IMG/VR virus record: IMGVR_UViG_3300031951_000093
Coordinates: 1-64,000 of that record
Origin: a virus
DNA: 64,000 nt
Reading direction: 5' to 3' (one strand)
Below the pieces are notes generated by a model. The model was not told the origin of the DNA and searched no databases. It worked only from the letters and a program-made list of their open reading frames with translations. The translations under genes were made by a program, and so were the position numbers. Positions 1-10,421 of the stretch are shown here, piece by piece. Position 1 is the stretch's first letter. Each line of letters opens with the position of its first letter.

Positions 1-31
1 GATCAGTCAAAGCATTAACAGAAACAGGCTT

Positions 32-982
32 TTGAGCAGAGAAAGCAGAAACAAAACCAACGCACAAATTCAGCAGCGCATTAGCGTGCTGGATGATGGA
101 TTAGTTGAGCCATGGAAAAGTGCGGTGCCTGAATACAAGCCTCCAGCGATAGCGCTATCTGGGGGAGTAAGTCAATTTTCGTTCTGTCTTTTTGTTGAAG
201 AAACTCTTTTTGATGGAATCAACTCAGGAACTCTTTTTAATGGAATCAACCGCTTTTCTGTTTTTTCAAAAAGATTCTCAAGCGTTTATCCTTCTGTGTT
301 TTATAATTTATGGTATCCTAATCCGATTGACCCAACTCAAGTAACATATCAATATGATTCGCAGATTGATTACATTAAAAATGTAAATATCACTCAATCA
401 CCAAAAGAAGCTTTTTTTTCTTTCGAGCTTGATTATACCGAGACTTCATACAGGGCTGGTAATCCATTGGAAATACCCGTTGATCCCTTGGCCGGCGGAA
501 TACTTCCCTCAGATGCGCCGCCTATTGCATCAGGATTTAATCTGTGGGTCATTATTGGGCTACATTCAAATAAAGAAAAAAGTTGTTTTGCGTATGAAAT
601 GGTTGACTTCTTGGATGGAGATTACTTCCTGGGCGATGTTTACCCAAACTTGTTTCTAGGCGAAGGCGATATTGATTCATGGATATTAGGACGCGATTTT
701 GGTTTTACGGCAAATCCGTCTAATCTTCCGCCAAAGCTGCAAGAGATTGAATCAACAGGAAGACGATATGTAAGGCGTCGATTTGAAGATGACCTTAGAA
801 GTTCTAGTGAAATATCTAAATTTTTTGAGATTACATCATTTCAGGCGTTATTTACACTTTCCGCTGGCCTTTATAGACGTAATTCTGCGCAAGATAAGTG
901 GATACTTGAGCCAAGGCTTAATAATTTTTACAGAAAATACACTTATTTTGTTACGACAAAAGACTATGGACCAATCATCTGA
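32..982 (+). CDS. hypothetical protein (possibly virion-associated)
   Basis: 316-aa ORF upstream of the head genes; no motif recognised. Confidence 0.5.
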   Translation: MSRESRNKTNAQIQQRISVLDDGLVEPWKSAVPEYKPPAIALSGGVSQFSFCLFVEETLFDGINSGTLFNGINRFSVFSKRFSSVYPSVFYNLWYPNPIDPTQVTYQYDSQIDYIKNVNITQSPKEAFFSFELDYTETSYRAGNPLEIPVDPLAGGILPSDAPPIASGFNLWVIIGLHSNKEKSCFAYEMVDFLDGDYFLGDVYPNLFLGEGDIDSWILGRDFGFTANPSNLPPKLQEIESTGRRYVRRRFEDDLRSSSEISKFFEITSFQALFTLSAGLYRRNSAQDKWILEPRLNNFYRKYTYFVTTKDYGPII

Positions 983-1165
983 TCAATTGCGCTCCGAGCA
1001 AGCGACCGAAATGTCTGCCTTGATTGCGCTTGCGAATCGAGCCAAGCTAAAAAAAAGAGAGGACGAAAACCGCATTATTGCCGAAGCAGTAAGGCAAGCC
1101 AAGCTATAGCAATCGGGAAAAATAGATCTGCAACCTATACCGGCTGAGCGATTCACCGGTTTCCC

Positions 1166-1993
1166 ATGAAAAAATCTTGGCTCAACAAGCTCCCGTTTGC
1201 CGAGGATCTGCCTTTTTTCTCTGTTGACACGGATCAGGATGAACAATCGGACGGAGGAGGTGGCGATTCGGACAATGACGCCATTGATCCCGTTGAGACC
1301 GATGAAGACGATCAAGAGCTTGGCACTGAGGGCCAGAAGGCTCTTAAGCGCGAACGGCGAACGCGAAAGGAACGCGAACGTGAGTTAGCTCAACTCAAGG
1401 AACAGCTTAAAGCTGTTGCAGAAATCAATCCTGAATTATACAAACAAACACAACAGCGTGCGGACGAGCTTCAACGAGCACTTACCGAAAAGGAGCGTGA
1501 AACTGCAGAGGCAACAAAACGGATTCGCGAAAAGGCCGATCTTGAGGTTCGCACTGCAAGGCAAGCCGCCGAAGCTGCCAAGAGAGAGCGCACTGACCTG
1601 CTGACCAGATCTAAGGCGCAGGAAATTTTCCGACTCAACAAGGGCCTTGAGGAGGTTGATTCCGAGTTGGGCCTCACATCATTTGAGGCCTATTGGCGCG
1701 TGCATGGTCAACACCACTTCAGGTGGGATGACAAGATTAATGATCTTGTCGTCATTGATCGCGATGGAGATCCGATCACGGAAGATGGCAGGCCCGTTGA
1801 TCCGGTCAAGTGGCTCGACTCCGTAGCCGACAAGTCTCCTGTTGTCGCGCAGTATTTCAAATCCAAAGCCGGAGAAGGTAGCGGCGGAATTCAGGGGGCA
1901 CGCAATGTGCGCACTGTGACGACAAAGAGCGTGGAGGATTTGAAGAAAATCCGTCCGAGTGATTTGTTAGACATGCACTACAGCGGTCGATAA
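1166..1993 (+). CDS. capsid scaffolding protein
   Basis: Acidic N-terminus, LGTEGQKALKRER followed by a long coiled coil, directly upstream of the major capsid gene. Confidence 0.75.
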   Translation: MKKSWLNKLPFAEDLPFFSVDTDQDEQSDGGGGDSDNDAIDPVETDEDDQELGTEGQKALKRERRTRKERERELAQLKEQLKAVAEINPELYKQTQQRADELQRALTEKERETAEATKRIREKADLEVRTARQAAEAAKRERTDLLTRSKAQEIFRLNKGLEEVDSELGLTSFEAYWRVHGQHHFRWDDKINDLVVIDRDGDPITEDGRPVDPVKWLDSVADKSPVVAQYFKSKAGEGSGGIQGARNVRTVTTKSVEDLKKIRPSDLLDMHYSGR

Positions 1994-2004
1994 TAACTAT
2001 TGAC

Positions 2005-2014
2005 CGGGAAAACT
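2005..2014 (+). promoter_or_regulatory. putative late promoter motif CGGGAAAACT
   Basis: One of about 10 copies, all on the + strand upstream of virion genes. Confidence 0.65.
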
Positions 2015-2156
2015 GCGGATAGGTTAGGCGCGATGCCAAATCTATCCGCTTTTTGATGCGACATCAGAGAGCTTTTGTGATTGCAGTATTCAATGGCGCG
2101 ATGCCAGCGAAGATCGCAATTTTCGCAACTGGCAACCCTCTCGCTACTTGTAACCA

Positions 2157-3113
2157 ATGTCTTCCACTACTCTTTGGTCTCATTTTGAGGCCCGCGCTGA
2201 ACTTGGCGCTCCAGCGCTTGAGCTTGCTGCATTGCAAATCCTGCGCAATGGTCCATTGTCTGGTCTCATCCCATGGGTAGATATTCCTGGGATGACGTAT
2301 AACTTTGCGCTGCAAGATGAGCTGCCCAAGGTTAAGGCTCGCCTCTTTGATGAAGCAAGCGAGCGTGGACAGGGCAACACTGTGAAAGGTGCGCAAAATG
2401 TGCACATTTACAGCCATGATATTCGCACTGACTCCTCGAAGCTGGCACTGATGGGCCAAAGCACGCATAATCGACAGGTTGTGGCTGCTGTTCAGTCGTT
2501 GCGACTGGCCATTGAAAGCGACTTCTTGAACGGCAATGATGCCTTAAGTGGTGGTCGCGAAATGGATGGGATTCGGAAGCAAATTCCGAGTTCTCAACAG
2601 CTCGTCAATGCTAGCGGTGGCGCTGGTCTTAAGCTCAGCAAGTTGGATGAATTGATCGCCGAAGTAGACGGTCCCAATGATGAGAAGGTACTCATCCTTC
2701 CCAAAAAATTGAAGACCAAATTCGGCGCCGCAGTTCGCAACATTGGCGTAAGCGGTTTGTACATTCAGGGTATTGATCAGCTTGGCCGATCTGCTCAAAT
2801 GTATGACGGCGTGCCATTGATTGAGACTGATGTGCGGGATGACAACCTGCCGATTCAGCCCTTCACTGAATCTAACAGTACGACCACAATTTATTGTGTT
2901 CGGATGGGCGAAGGTTTCACTAGCGGCATTCAGGGGCCTGTCTACAGCGAAAGCGGCGAGCTTACTACTGGGCTGGTGATTTACGACCTTCCAGAGTCGT
3001 TTAATACCGCAACTCGCGCTACTCGCTTTACGTGGCACTGTGGCGCTGTTGTTGAGGATCCCAACTCGATTGCTTCCTTGTCTGGTATCACATTGGCGGA
3101 TATTACCGCCTGA
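2157..3113 (+). CDS. major capsid protein (HK97-fold, cyanosiphovirus type)
   Basis: 318 aa; FLNGN..GREMDGI, LSKLDELI, YDGVPLIE and TTIYCVRMG motifs; follows the scaffold gene. Confidence 0.8.
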   Translation: MSSTTLWSHFEARAELGAPALELAALQILRNGPLSGLIPWVDIPGMTYNFALQDELPKVKARLFDEASERGQGNTVKGAQNVHIYSHDIRTDSSKLALMGQSTHNRQVVAAVQSLRLAIESDFLNGNDALSGGREMDGIRKQIPSSQQLVNASGGAGLKLSKLDELIAEVDGPNDEKVLILPKKLKTKFGAAVRNIGVSGLYIQGIDQLGRSAQMYDGVPLIETDVRDDNLPIQPFTESNSTTTIYCVRMGEGFTSGIQGPVYSESGELTTGLVIYDLPESFNTATRATRFTWHCGAVVEDPNSIASLSGITLADITA

Positions 3114-3147
3114 TTGTGATCGTTAAACCACCCTATCCGAGGTAACT

Positions 3148-3642
3148 ATGTCCCGCCCTACCGGCATCTTTCTTCAAAGGCCTTACCTTCGCAGCCGTGA
3201 AAACATTCTGTTTGGGGCTGTTCGTGATGGCGAAGGTGTTGCAGCCGAAACTCGCACTGGCGCCGCGCGCTTGCTGCAAGACAAGCTCAATGGCCAGCCT
3301 AACGCGCTCATCGTGGCTGTCGGTGCGTTGTCTAACGCATCTGGCGGATACTTCATCGAGGTGGCGCATGTTCCGATCGGTGGAGTGCTCGCTGATGCCA
3401 ACCCTTCTGGGTATGTGCGCATCGGAAGCATTTCATTTGCCGGAACAAATCCATCTGAAGCAAGCTTCAACAAGGTTTCTCTGGAGGCTGCTGTGAAAGC
3501 CGCAGCGTCTCCTGCGCTAACCGTTGATCCTCGTGTTGTGGCCATCCGCCTTGTGGCCGGCACTGGCACGGGTGAGGGAGGCAATGGCCTTGCTGTTCCC
3601 GCTAACACCACTGGAGCCATGATTCACTATCAACCCGTTTGA
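3148..3642 (+). CDS. putative head decoration / minor capsid protein
   Basis: Ala/Gly-rich 164-aa ORF immediately after the capsid gene and before a terminator. Confidence 0.5.
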   Translation: MSRPTGIFLQRPYLRSRENILFGAVRDGEGVAAETRTGAARLLQDKLNGQPNALIVAVGALSNASGGYFIEVAHVPIGGVLADANPSGYVRIGSISFAGTNPSEASFNKVSLEAAVKAAASPALTVDPRVVAIRLVAGTGTGEGGNGLAVPANTTGAMIHYQPV

Positions 3643-3666
3643 TATTGAACCGTCAACCGCTACAAT

Positions 3667-3690
3667 GGGAGGAGAAATCCTCCCTTTTTT
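3667..3690 (+). terminator. rho-independent terminator
   Basis: GGGAGGA-GAAA-TCCTCCC followed by T6. Confidence 0.75.
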
Positions 3691-3710
3691 AGTATTTCTC
3701 ACCGCCAATC

Positions 3711-3941
3711 ATGACTCAATCATTTGCGTTCAATCCTCATGCTAGCCAAGAAGCTAACGAAAATTTTGTTAGGTTTTTGCACCAACAAAATGAGCAAGAT
3801 GCACCTATTGAAGAGGAGAAAGAAGCAGAATCCAAGCCCGTGATCAATCTAAAGCCCAAACGCCAACGCGCTCGAAGCGATGAAGGTAAGTTTGCCGCTG
3901 ATAATCCAGAAACACCACAAGATGAAGCATGGCAAGAATAA
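3711..3941 (+). CDS. small phage protein with RARSDEGKF..DNPETP.DEAW motif
   Basis: 76-aa ORF; the R-x-x-G-K/R-F-A motif is shared with the basic proteins at 54 and 61-63 kb. Confidence 0.6.
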   Translation: MTQSFAFNPHASQEANENFVRFLHQQNEQDAPIEEEKEAESKPVINLKPKRQRARSDEGKFAADNPETPQDEAWQE

Positions 3942-3973
3942 TACGGGAAAACTAGATCAACAAGTGTAACGCC

Positions 3974-4330
3974 ATGGCTTGGGTTACAACAACTTGGCAG
4001 ATGGAGCAGGGCATAGATGCCTTGTTGCCGCTTCGTTTTTGGCAAGATACTGCCGAGACTCAGCCATGGCCTTTTATTGATTGGGATATAAATGCAACCG
4101 TAAGTGATACAAGAGGGCGTAATGTGTGGCCGGTCACAATAAGAGCAACCCCATCAAGTGGTGTGCTAGACTTAATCTTTCCTGAAGCTTTAGTTAATGC
4201 GCTTAAAACTAGCAGGACTTATCGTTTTGATTGCGGCGGTTGGCCACCCGGATCCACCGCCGCCGATGACCACACCATTGCAACAGGCCCGGTCGTCGTG
4301 GCCCTACGCACCAGCAGGAGGGACCCATGA
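3974..4330 (+). CDS. putative virion structural protein
   Basis: Downstream of CGGGAAAACT (3944); overlaps the start of the fibre gene. Confidence 0.55.
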   Translation: MAWVTTTWQMEQGIDALLPLRFWQDTAETQPWPFIDWDINATVSDTRGRNVWPVTIRATPSSGVLDLIFPEALVNALKTSRTYRFDCGGWPPGSTAADDHTIATGPVVVALRTSRRDP

Positions 4331-6357
4331 GCTGCCCGGCGGTGGTGAATGTTGCGATCCCCGGCCCGCCTGGGGTGGGACTGCCATCGGGAGTTGGGAT
4401 GGCAGAATATGCGGTTGTAAAGGATGGCAATACGCCTTATCTGTATAAATTAGTCGAACTAGAACAAGTAGGCCTTCCTCAAGCGCTTGGCATCGCAGCA
4501 TCGCCTACATTTGCTGGGCTAACGCTATCTGGCTTTGCCTCTGGTGCGGTTGGTATTGTAACATCTGGCACCAACGGTCAACTTGCTAGAGTATCTATTG
4601 GCGCTGGATTATCTATTGTAAATGGTGTGCTAGTTGCATCTGGAAGCGCAGGCACTAATCTGTCTTACGATCCGTCTACGCGGCTACTTTCGAGTAGCAC
4701 GGGTGATGATGTAACCTTGCCGCTGGCAACAACTTTGGCGGCTGGATTGCAATCCAGCGCTGACAAGATCAAGCTTGATTCTATAACAGTAGATACAGCA
4801 ACAAAAACTATTGAGCGCGTTAGAAATACAACCGGGGTTGAAATACCAAAAGGCGCTGTTGTTAGAATTCCATCGCCTGGCTCATCTGGAACTACGCTGC
4901 TAGTCGCGCTAGCCGATGCGTCAGACGAGTTAACAGCGGCCAACACCTATGGAATTGCTCAGGCTGCAATTCCCCATAATTCAGATGGTATCGTGCAAAC
5001 GTCAGGCACGCTCAGTGGAGTTAACACTGATCACCTTGTAGAGGGTGAGCTTGTATTTTTGTCTGAAGTTGCAGGACAAACAACTAGCACAAGACCAACA
5101 CAGCCTGCGCATGGCGTTATTCTTGGATGGTGCATTAAAAAAGGACCGGGAACAAGCGGCATTCTTGCTATAAAGGTTGCTAATGGCCCGGAGTTGTACG
5201 AACTTCATGATGTATTGATTGCCGGCAATCCGCCTGCCGTAGGCGCTCCTAGGCCAGTGCTAGCGCGTCATTCAGACGGCTTATGGCGCAATACACTGAT
5301 CACGCCTGCTGATATTGGCGCTGCTGCAGTTGCCTCCACAGGATCATATAACGATCTAACGAACAAGCCTGATTTAAGCATCAAAGCCGATCTAGTTGGC
5401 GGAGTCATTCCCACTGCTCAGATCCCTGCGATTGCAATTAGCGATTACCTGGGAGCCGTTAATAGTCAGGCCGCAATGCTGGCGCTAACCGGTCAGCGTG
5501 GCGACTGGTGTCTACGCACTGATACCGGCAATGTTGGTCAGTGGATTTTAAGTGGTGATAATGCTTCGATCTTGGGAAATTGGGTTCAAATTCCCGTACC
5601 TATTGTACCTGTTCAAAGTGTAAATGGGCAGACTGGAATCATTGTTTTATCTGCGGCTGATGTTGGAGGCGTTTCCAGCACGGATGCACGCCTGTCGGAC
5701 TCTAGGGAGTGGTCCGCAGAGACGGTGGGCCAGGCCGAGGCTGAGGCTCGATCGGCCACCACTCGCCGGGCTTGGACCGCTCAGCGCGTTGGCCAGGCCA
5801 TTGCGGCATGGTGGACTGCTACCACCACCACCATTGGGCGGGCGGTGGCAACAGCAGCAAGCCAAGCCGATGCTCGGAATGCGATCGGCGCGGGGACCGG
5901 GAATTCCAACCTGGCGCTTGGCACCAGTGCACCACTAGGCCTAGCAGCAACGGCGGCGGTTGGCTCGTCTGAATTCGCTGCGCCGATTGATCACCAGCAT
6001 CAGCGAGACGCGACAACTCTTATCATTCCTTTGACTTACGGTATAGCGCCAACAGGAAACTCTAGCGCACTTATTCTACCTTTTACACTTCCATTTTCTT
6101 ACAATATCATCAGCGCTGCCTTAACGTGTGAGGCGGCTGCAACCACAAACCCAATCATTGTTAATGTAACTCTTGATAATGTGACCATATTTAGCACAAA
6201 GCCGCAGATCAATGTTGGTGGAACATCGACTGGAAACAGCCCTGTTCTATCAATAACATCCGGAACATTGGCAAACGTCTTGCGGATCTACATAGATCAA
6301 GCAAGTGGCGGCGGAACTTATCTGCAGTTGCATTTTACCTTCAGGAGGACTTCTTGA
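4327..6357 (+). CDS. tail fibre / fibre-like structural protein
   Basis: 676 aa, Gly/Ala/Thr-rich; GPPG, TGSYNDLTNKP and VQSVNGQTG fibre motifs. Confidence 0.7.
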   Translation: MSCPAVVNVAIPGPPGVGLPSGVGMAEYAVVKDGNTPYLYKLVELEQVGLPQALGIAASPTFAGLTLSGFASGAVGIVTSGTNGQLARVSIGAGLSIVNGVLVASGSAGTNLSYDPSTRLLSSSTGDDVTLPLATTLAAGLQSSADKIKLDSITVDTATKTIERVRNTTGVEIPKGAVVRIPSPGSSGTTLLVALADASDELTAANTYGIAQAAIPHNSDGIVQTSGTLSGVNTDHLVEGELVFLSEVAGQTTSTRPTQPAHGVILGWCIKKGPGTSGILAIKVANGPELYELHDVLIAGNPPAVGAPRPVLARHSDGLWRNTLITPADIGAAAVASTGSYNDLTNKPDLSIKADLVGGVIPTAQIPAIAISDYLGAVNSQAAMLALTGQRGDWCLRTDTGNVGQWILSGDNASILGNWVQIPVPIVPVQSVNGQTGIIVLSAADVGGVSSTDARLSDSREWSAETVGQAEAEARSATTRRAWTAQRVGQAIAAWWTATTTTIGRAVATAASQADARNAIGAGTGNSNLALGTSAPLGLAATAAVGSSEFAAPIDHQHQRDATTLIIPLTYGIAPTGNSSALILPFTLPFSYNIISAALTCEAAATTNPIIVNVTLDNVTIFSTKPQINVGGTSTGNSPVLSITSGTLANVLRIYIDQASGGGTYLQLHFTFRRTS

Positions 6358-6358
6358 G

Positions 6359-6865
6359 ATGGGCCAATTTATTATCGCCAACATTGAAACCCGCCAGGTC
6401 AAGCCCTGGCCCCGACTGGAGGGAGAGCCAATCGAAGGCCTTGTGCAACCTCCGTGGTACGAGCTGGAAGTGATCCAACAGCCCGTTCCCCCGCTTGCCG
6501 TGGGGGAGACTGCTGTGGCCACCGAAACGCTGGACTTCGAGAATGGCCAGCTGATCCACGGCTGGCAGATTGAGCAACTCCCGACGAATTATCAGGGGTT
6601 CTATGATGATCTTATTATAAGTCAAGCATATAGAAATGTTACAAACACGCCAAACAAATCAGGAGACTTGTCTTATGCAGCTTTGACCTTCTTAGCTGCG
6701 TTAAACGAGAACAAAAGTGGCAGGGAGAACGTAGAATCATTTCAAGCCGCCATCTGGTTGCTATTTAGCCATATTGCTCTTTCCGCTGAAGACATAACTG
6801 AGCTTCAGGGCCTGATGGTTCAACACAGGCTGGCCGACCTTTATACGCTAGAACCGCCGCAATGA
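6359..6865 (+). CDS. putative fibre-associated protein
   Basis: ATG 2 nt after the fibre stop codon; coupled to the next gene. Confidence 0.5.
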   Translation: MGQFIIANIETRQVKPWPRLEGEPIEGLVQPPWYELEVIQQPVPPLAVGETAVATETLDFENGQLIHGWQIEQLPTNYQGFYDDLIISQAYRNVTNTPNKSGDLSYAALTFLAALNENKSGRENVESFQAAIWLLFSHIALSAEDITELQGLMVQHRLADLYTLEPPQ

Positions 6866-7734
6866 GTGTTATTTTCCTCGCAAGAAATCCGGCAAGCTTT
6901 GTGCTTTATAGCGGCCCGGTACAGGATTACATTGATCGGGTTATTGCCGCCGACGTTGCGGCCGGAAATAATCTAGGGCTGGAGACTGCAGTAAGAGATG
7001 CTTATTCAAACTTCATCACCAGTTGCATCGACAATGGATCCTTGGGCACCAGTGGCGGAGTGCTCAGCCAGGCTAATAGCATCATTAAGGCCGCTCCGAT
7101 CATGATGGGCGCACGCACAATCAGCGGCGCGATGGTGCCGCTTGTTGGTCCAACTCCGACACGAGGGGGAACAGCGGGAGGATGGGTCTACGACCGGAAG
7201 CTGGGCCTGCGAGGTAACGGAACAAACAATTTTCTTGATACACAGAGAGCAGGTAATGCGGACCCACAAAATAGCAAACATGTATCTTGTTATGTCACTT
7301 CTCCGGCAACTGGAAACACAACGCAAGTTTTTATAGGGGACATTTCAAGCACAGTGGAAGGCGCAAGTCTTATTTACAAAATCGGAGCCCTTGACGGCGG
7401 AAACGAAAATATAGCCATGATGGCTAACAGCCCTTTTCCCGCAATAACTAGCGCCCCCTCTGCCGCGTTTGGGACCGGTTTTCTTGGCATCAGCCGCAGC
7501 GGCGCCAACAACGCAAACGGTATTATTTATGGCGTTACCAGCGCTACAACATCAACACCATCATCAGCACCAACAGCAAGTAACATTGCAGTTTTTGCTA
7601 GAACCGTTACAGCTCCTGCAAGATTCTGCAATGCAACGATTAACTTTTATTCAATCGGCACCAATATAAACTTGACGCTATTAAATGCAAGTCTTGCAAC
7701 GTTGACCGCCCAAATCGCGGCAGCCATTCCCTGA
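6862..7734 (+). CDS. putative virion (tail/fibre-associated) protein
   Basis: Ser/Thr/Gly/Ala-rich; YDRKLGLRGNGTNNFLDT segment of the kind seen in cyanophage virion proteins. Confidence 0.55.
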   Translation: MSVIFLARNPASFVLYSGPVQDYIDRVIAADVAAGNNLGLETAVRDAYSNFITSCIDNGSLGTSGGVLSQANSIIKAAPIMMGARTISGAMVPLVGPTPTRGGTAGGWVYDRKLGLRGNGTNNFLDTQRAGNADPQNSKHVSCYVTSPATGNTTQVFIGDISSTVEGASLIYKIGALDGGNENIAMMANSPFPAITSAPSAAFGTGFLGISRSGANNANGIIYGVTSATTSTPSSAPTASNIAVFARTVTAPARFCNATINFYSIGTNINLTLLNASLATLTAQIAAAIP

Positions 7735-7841
7735 CGGTGCCACCATGGAATCTACTAAACACATCACATCATTACCCAAGCAAATATAGCACACCACCAT
7801 TGAGTCAACCACGGGAAAACTAAGGTAACACAGCCAGCGCT

Positions 7842-8105
7842 ATGGCACCCGCGCCACAACAAGAGAATCAACTATGGCGCTTCATGAATCAGCCGCTAAC
7901 GGCTGGTATAATACTGTTTCTTTTGAGTGTAATTTGCGCTGGATTGGTTAAAATTTCTAGCCAGTTAAATGAGCTAAGCGATAACCAAAGATTAGGGCTA
8001 ATTGAAATCGGTGCACTAAAGCAAAGAGTTGATAGACTAGAGGCTAATGATAGGAGGCAAGAAAATGATATTGTACTGCTTAAATATCAAGTAAACACAA
8101 AATGA
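7842..8105 (+). CDS. small membrane protein with coiled coil (holin-like)
   Basis: One hydrophobic helix followed by a coiled coil; preceded by CGGGAAAACT (7812). Confidence 0.45.
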   Translation: MAPAPQQENQLWRFMNQPLTAGIILFLLSVICAGLVKISSQLNELSDNQRLGLIEIGALKQRVDRLEANDRRQENDIVLLKYQVNTK

Positions 8106-8293
8106 ATAAAACACAAATTCAACTTTCCCTATGTGCTTGCGTATTGCTAAGCGCCGTAGGTGGATTTGGTAGTGTTTTTTGTGGCAACCAGCAATGTGTA
8201 GAGGCATGGAGGACTAGCGCGACAGGTGCATTGTCCGCTGCTGGGACACTTGCGACCTACCTGGCCAATCCCCCTGGCGAAGGTGATGACTAA
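8102..8293 (+). CDS. small membrane protein
   Basis: 63 aa with two hydrophobic segments; ATGA-type overlap with the previous gene. Confidence 0.45.
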   Translation: MNKTQIQLSLCACVLLSAVGGFGSVFCGNQQCVEAWRTSATGALSAAGTLATYLANPPGEGDD

Positions 8294-8817
8294 GGGCGAT
8301 CAATCACGACATAAGGGTGATTAATCACAATATAGGTTCTACCCTTAAAGTTCGGTCTTTCAAGATATTTTTGACTTGTTAATCTTTTAAGATGATCAGA
8401 CGCAGTGTCGCTAATTCTTTGATTAAAGCTAAAGCCCAAAACATATTTAAGATAATTTTTAACATCAATAAACTTAAATTCACCGCCTACAGGAATTTGG
8501 TTTATATAATCACAAACATGATCATACACTTTACGAGACGTAACGCTAAGAGGTATAACACCTTGAATTGAATCAGCATTTGACTTGGTTAATGACTTAG
8601 ATCGTTCCTGCGGAATAGAAGATTTTATTACTGCAGGCTTTTCTTGTTCAAGCGATTCGATCGCAATCTCGATATACGGAATTGCTTCTGCACTTTTATG
8701 GTCTTGAATGCGATCAAGTGCTTTTTGCAAAAGATCTGCAACAGAGTAATTCAGCGTAATCATGGGAGGTGATGAATGAAGAACAGAGCAATGCTTGTAG
8801 TGGCAAAAACTAAGCAA

Positions 8818-9882
8818 TCATCGCTCCCCCTTGAGGCGTGCTTTCTGTTGATTGATCGTGCGCTTGTACCAACCCGGCAAGACTGCTGCCGATGGTGATA
8901 CAGAATAACCAGGCCAGTAGTCAATCTGTAAAGACAAATGAACTTTGTTGACTGCAAGTCGATACAGCGACCTGCCATCACTTAATTGCTCATCAGTCAT
9001 GTAATAACGACCGATAAACTCTGGTCCAATAGGATCCTTTTCGATAGCAACCCATTCAAATATGATTGGCAATATAATTAGCGAACCCTCAGCAAATCCC
9101 ATAATTTTTTCTAGCGCAGTACGGCAGTGATACAGTGCATCATGGTAGAATGCTGATTGCACGATGTAACCGTACTTGGCAATCGCTAAACCAAAATGTG
9201 ACTCACCTTCCCCTGCGTCTTGCGCTGTTTTTATATCACCAATCCAAAGGTGATCATCAAAAATACGCAATGAATCTATTCTTGCCTTGATTCGCCGCTT
9301 TGTTTGTGTATCAATATAGGTAAAGGTGATCTCATTAAGCATTCTATATTTTTCGGTCTTTTCGTATCTGTACTTTAAGATCGGATGTTGCCATAAGGCA
9401 TTGGCATAAGCAAATCCCTTTGAGTAGTTGGCTTCTGATACAATCTCAGCCGTGGGCGGCAGATTGGTTTTCTCCCACTCAATCCACTGATCTTCGATTG
9501 CTTTATATTCTTTCCATGTTTCATAAGCTTTAGCAGGCTTGCCGCCTTTAGTCAGTCGATCAGGTTCTATGAGCTGCTTTTCTGTTGGCCTTTTTGGTAG
9601 ATCAGGAGCCAATACATAACGTGAGGAAACCTCATCCCATTCGAGCACAAGCGCATGAGCGATATTGCCCTGGATGAAAGCGTCTCTTTCCTCCTGTTCT
9701 GGCCTATTGGGATCAATGCACTTTTTCCAGGCATGTGCTTCTGTTGAGCCGATGACTTCCTTGCATAAACTTGCATTAATACCCGGAAGATCATCATAAG
9801 CCTCACGCGGAAGCTTGCAAAAAACTTGAGGAGAGCTTGTTAGTTCAATGCCCCATTTTTGCTGCCATTCAGCTTCATTCAT
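8818..9882 (-). CDS. RecE/exonuclease VIII-like PD-(D/E)xK nuclease (DUF3799 type)
   Basis: GINAS, GNIAHALVLE, IKARIDSL, DIKT and YGYIVQSAFY motifs. Confidence 0.8.
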   Translation of the reverse strand: MNEAEWQQKWGIELTSSPQVFCKLPREAYDDLPGINASLCKEVIGSTEAHAWKKCIDPNRPEQEERDAFIQGNIAHALVLEWDEVSSRYVLAPDLPKRPTEKQLIEPDRLTKGGKPAKAYETWKEYKAIEDQWIEWEKTNLPPTAEIVSEANYSKGFAYANALWQHPILKYRYEKTEKYRMLNEITFTYIDTQTKRRIKARIDSLRIFDDHLWIGDIKTAQDAGEGESHFGLAIAKYGYIVQSAFYHDALYHCRTALEKIMGFAEGSLIILPIIFEWVAIEKDPIGPEFIGRYYMTDEQLSDGRSLYRLAVNKVHLSLQIDYWPGYSVSPSAAVLPGWYKRTINQQKARLKGER

Positions 9883-10421
9883 CAGCCATGCTCCTGAATT
9901 TGGTTGCAAGTGTTTCGAGCTTGCATACAACATCTTCTAATGATGTTGTTTCTTTTTTTTGCAGTTGAACAAGCTCATCAATCGCCTGTTCAATCGCATC
10001 GTTGATTTTGTCTTTTGGCATTTCTAGATAGCAAGGTTTGCAGGTAAATGATGCGCCTATCTTTTTGACGTATTAGGCCATGAAGTTTAGTTAGCTGTAG
10101 TCTATGTCTGCGATCATCAAGGGAAGGCCGGAAGAAATATCCGGCCACAAATCCAAATCCAAGCGCAGATGCTGACAACAGTGCTAACGCCAGTATTCTA
10201 GGCATTGGGGTCGTCAGGCTTGAAACTGCCGCAATTGATGTCAGTAAGTGCGCATTGATAGCCATAGCAAGCTCCTAGGCGAATTGCTTCATGCCAAGCG
10301 GCAAGGTTTTTGATGTTAGAATTAGGTACTTCTGGATCCATCTTTAGCGCAGCTTGCACCATGATAAATTCCAGCACTTCAGAAGGTACGTCTAATTCTT
10401 TCAAGGGAATAACGACTTCAA

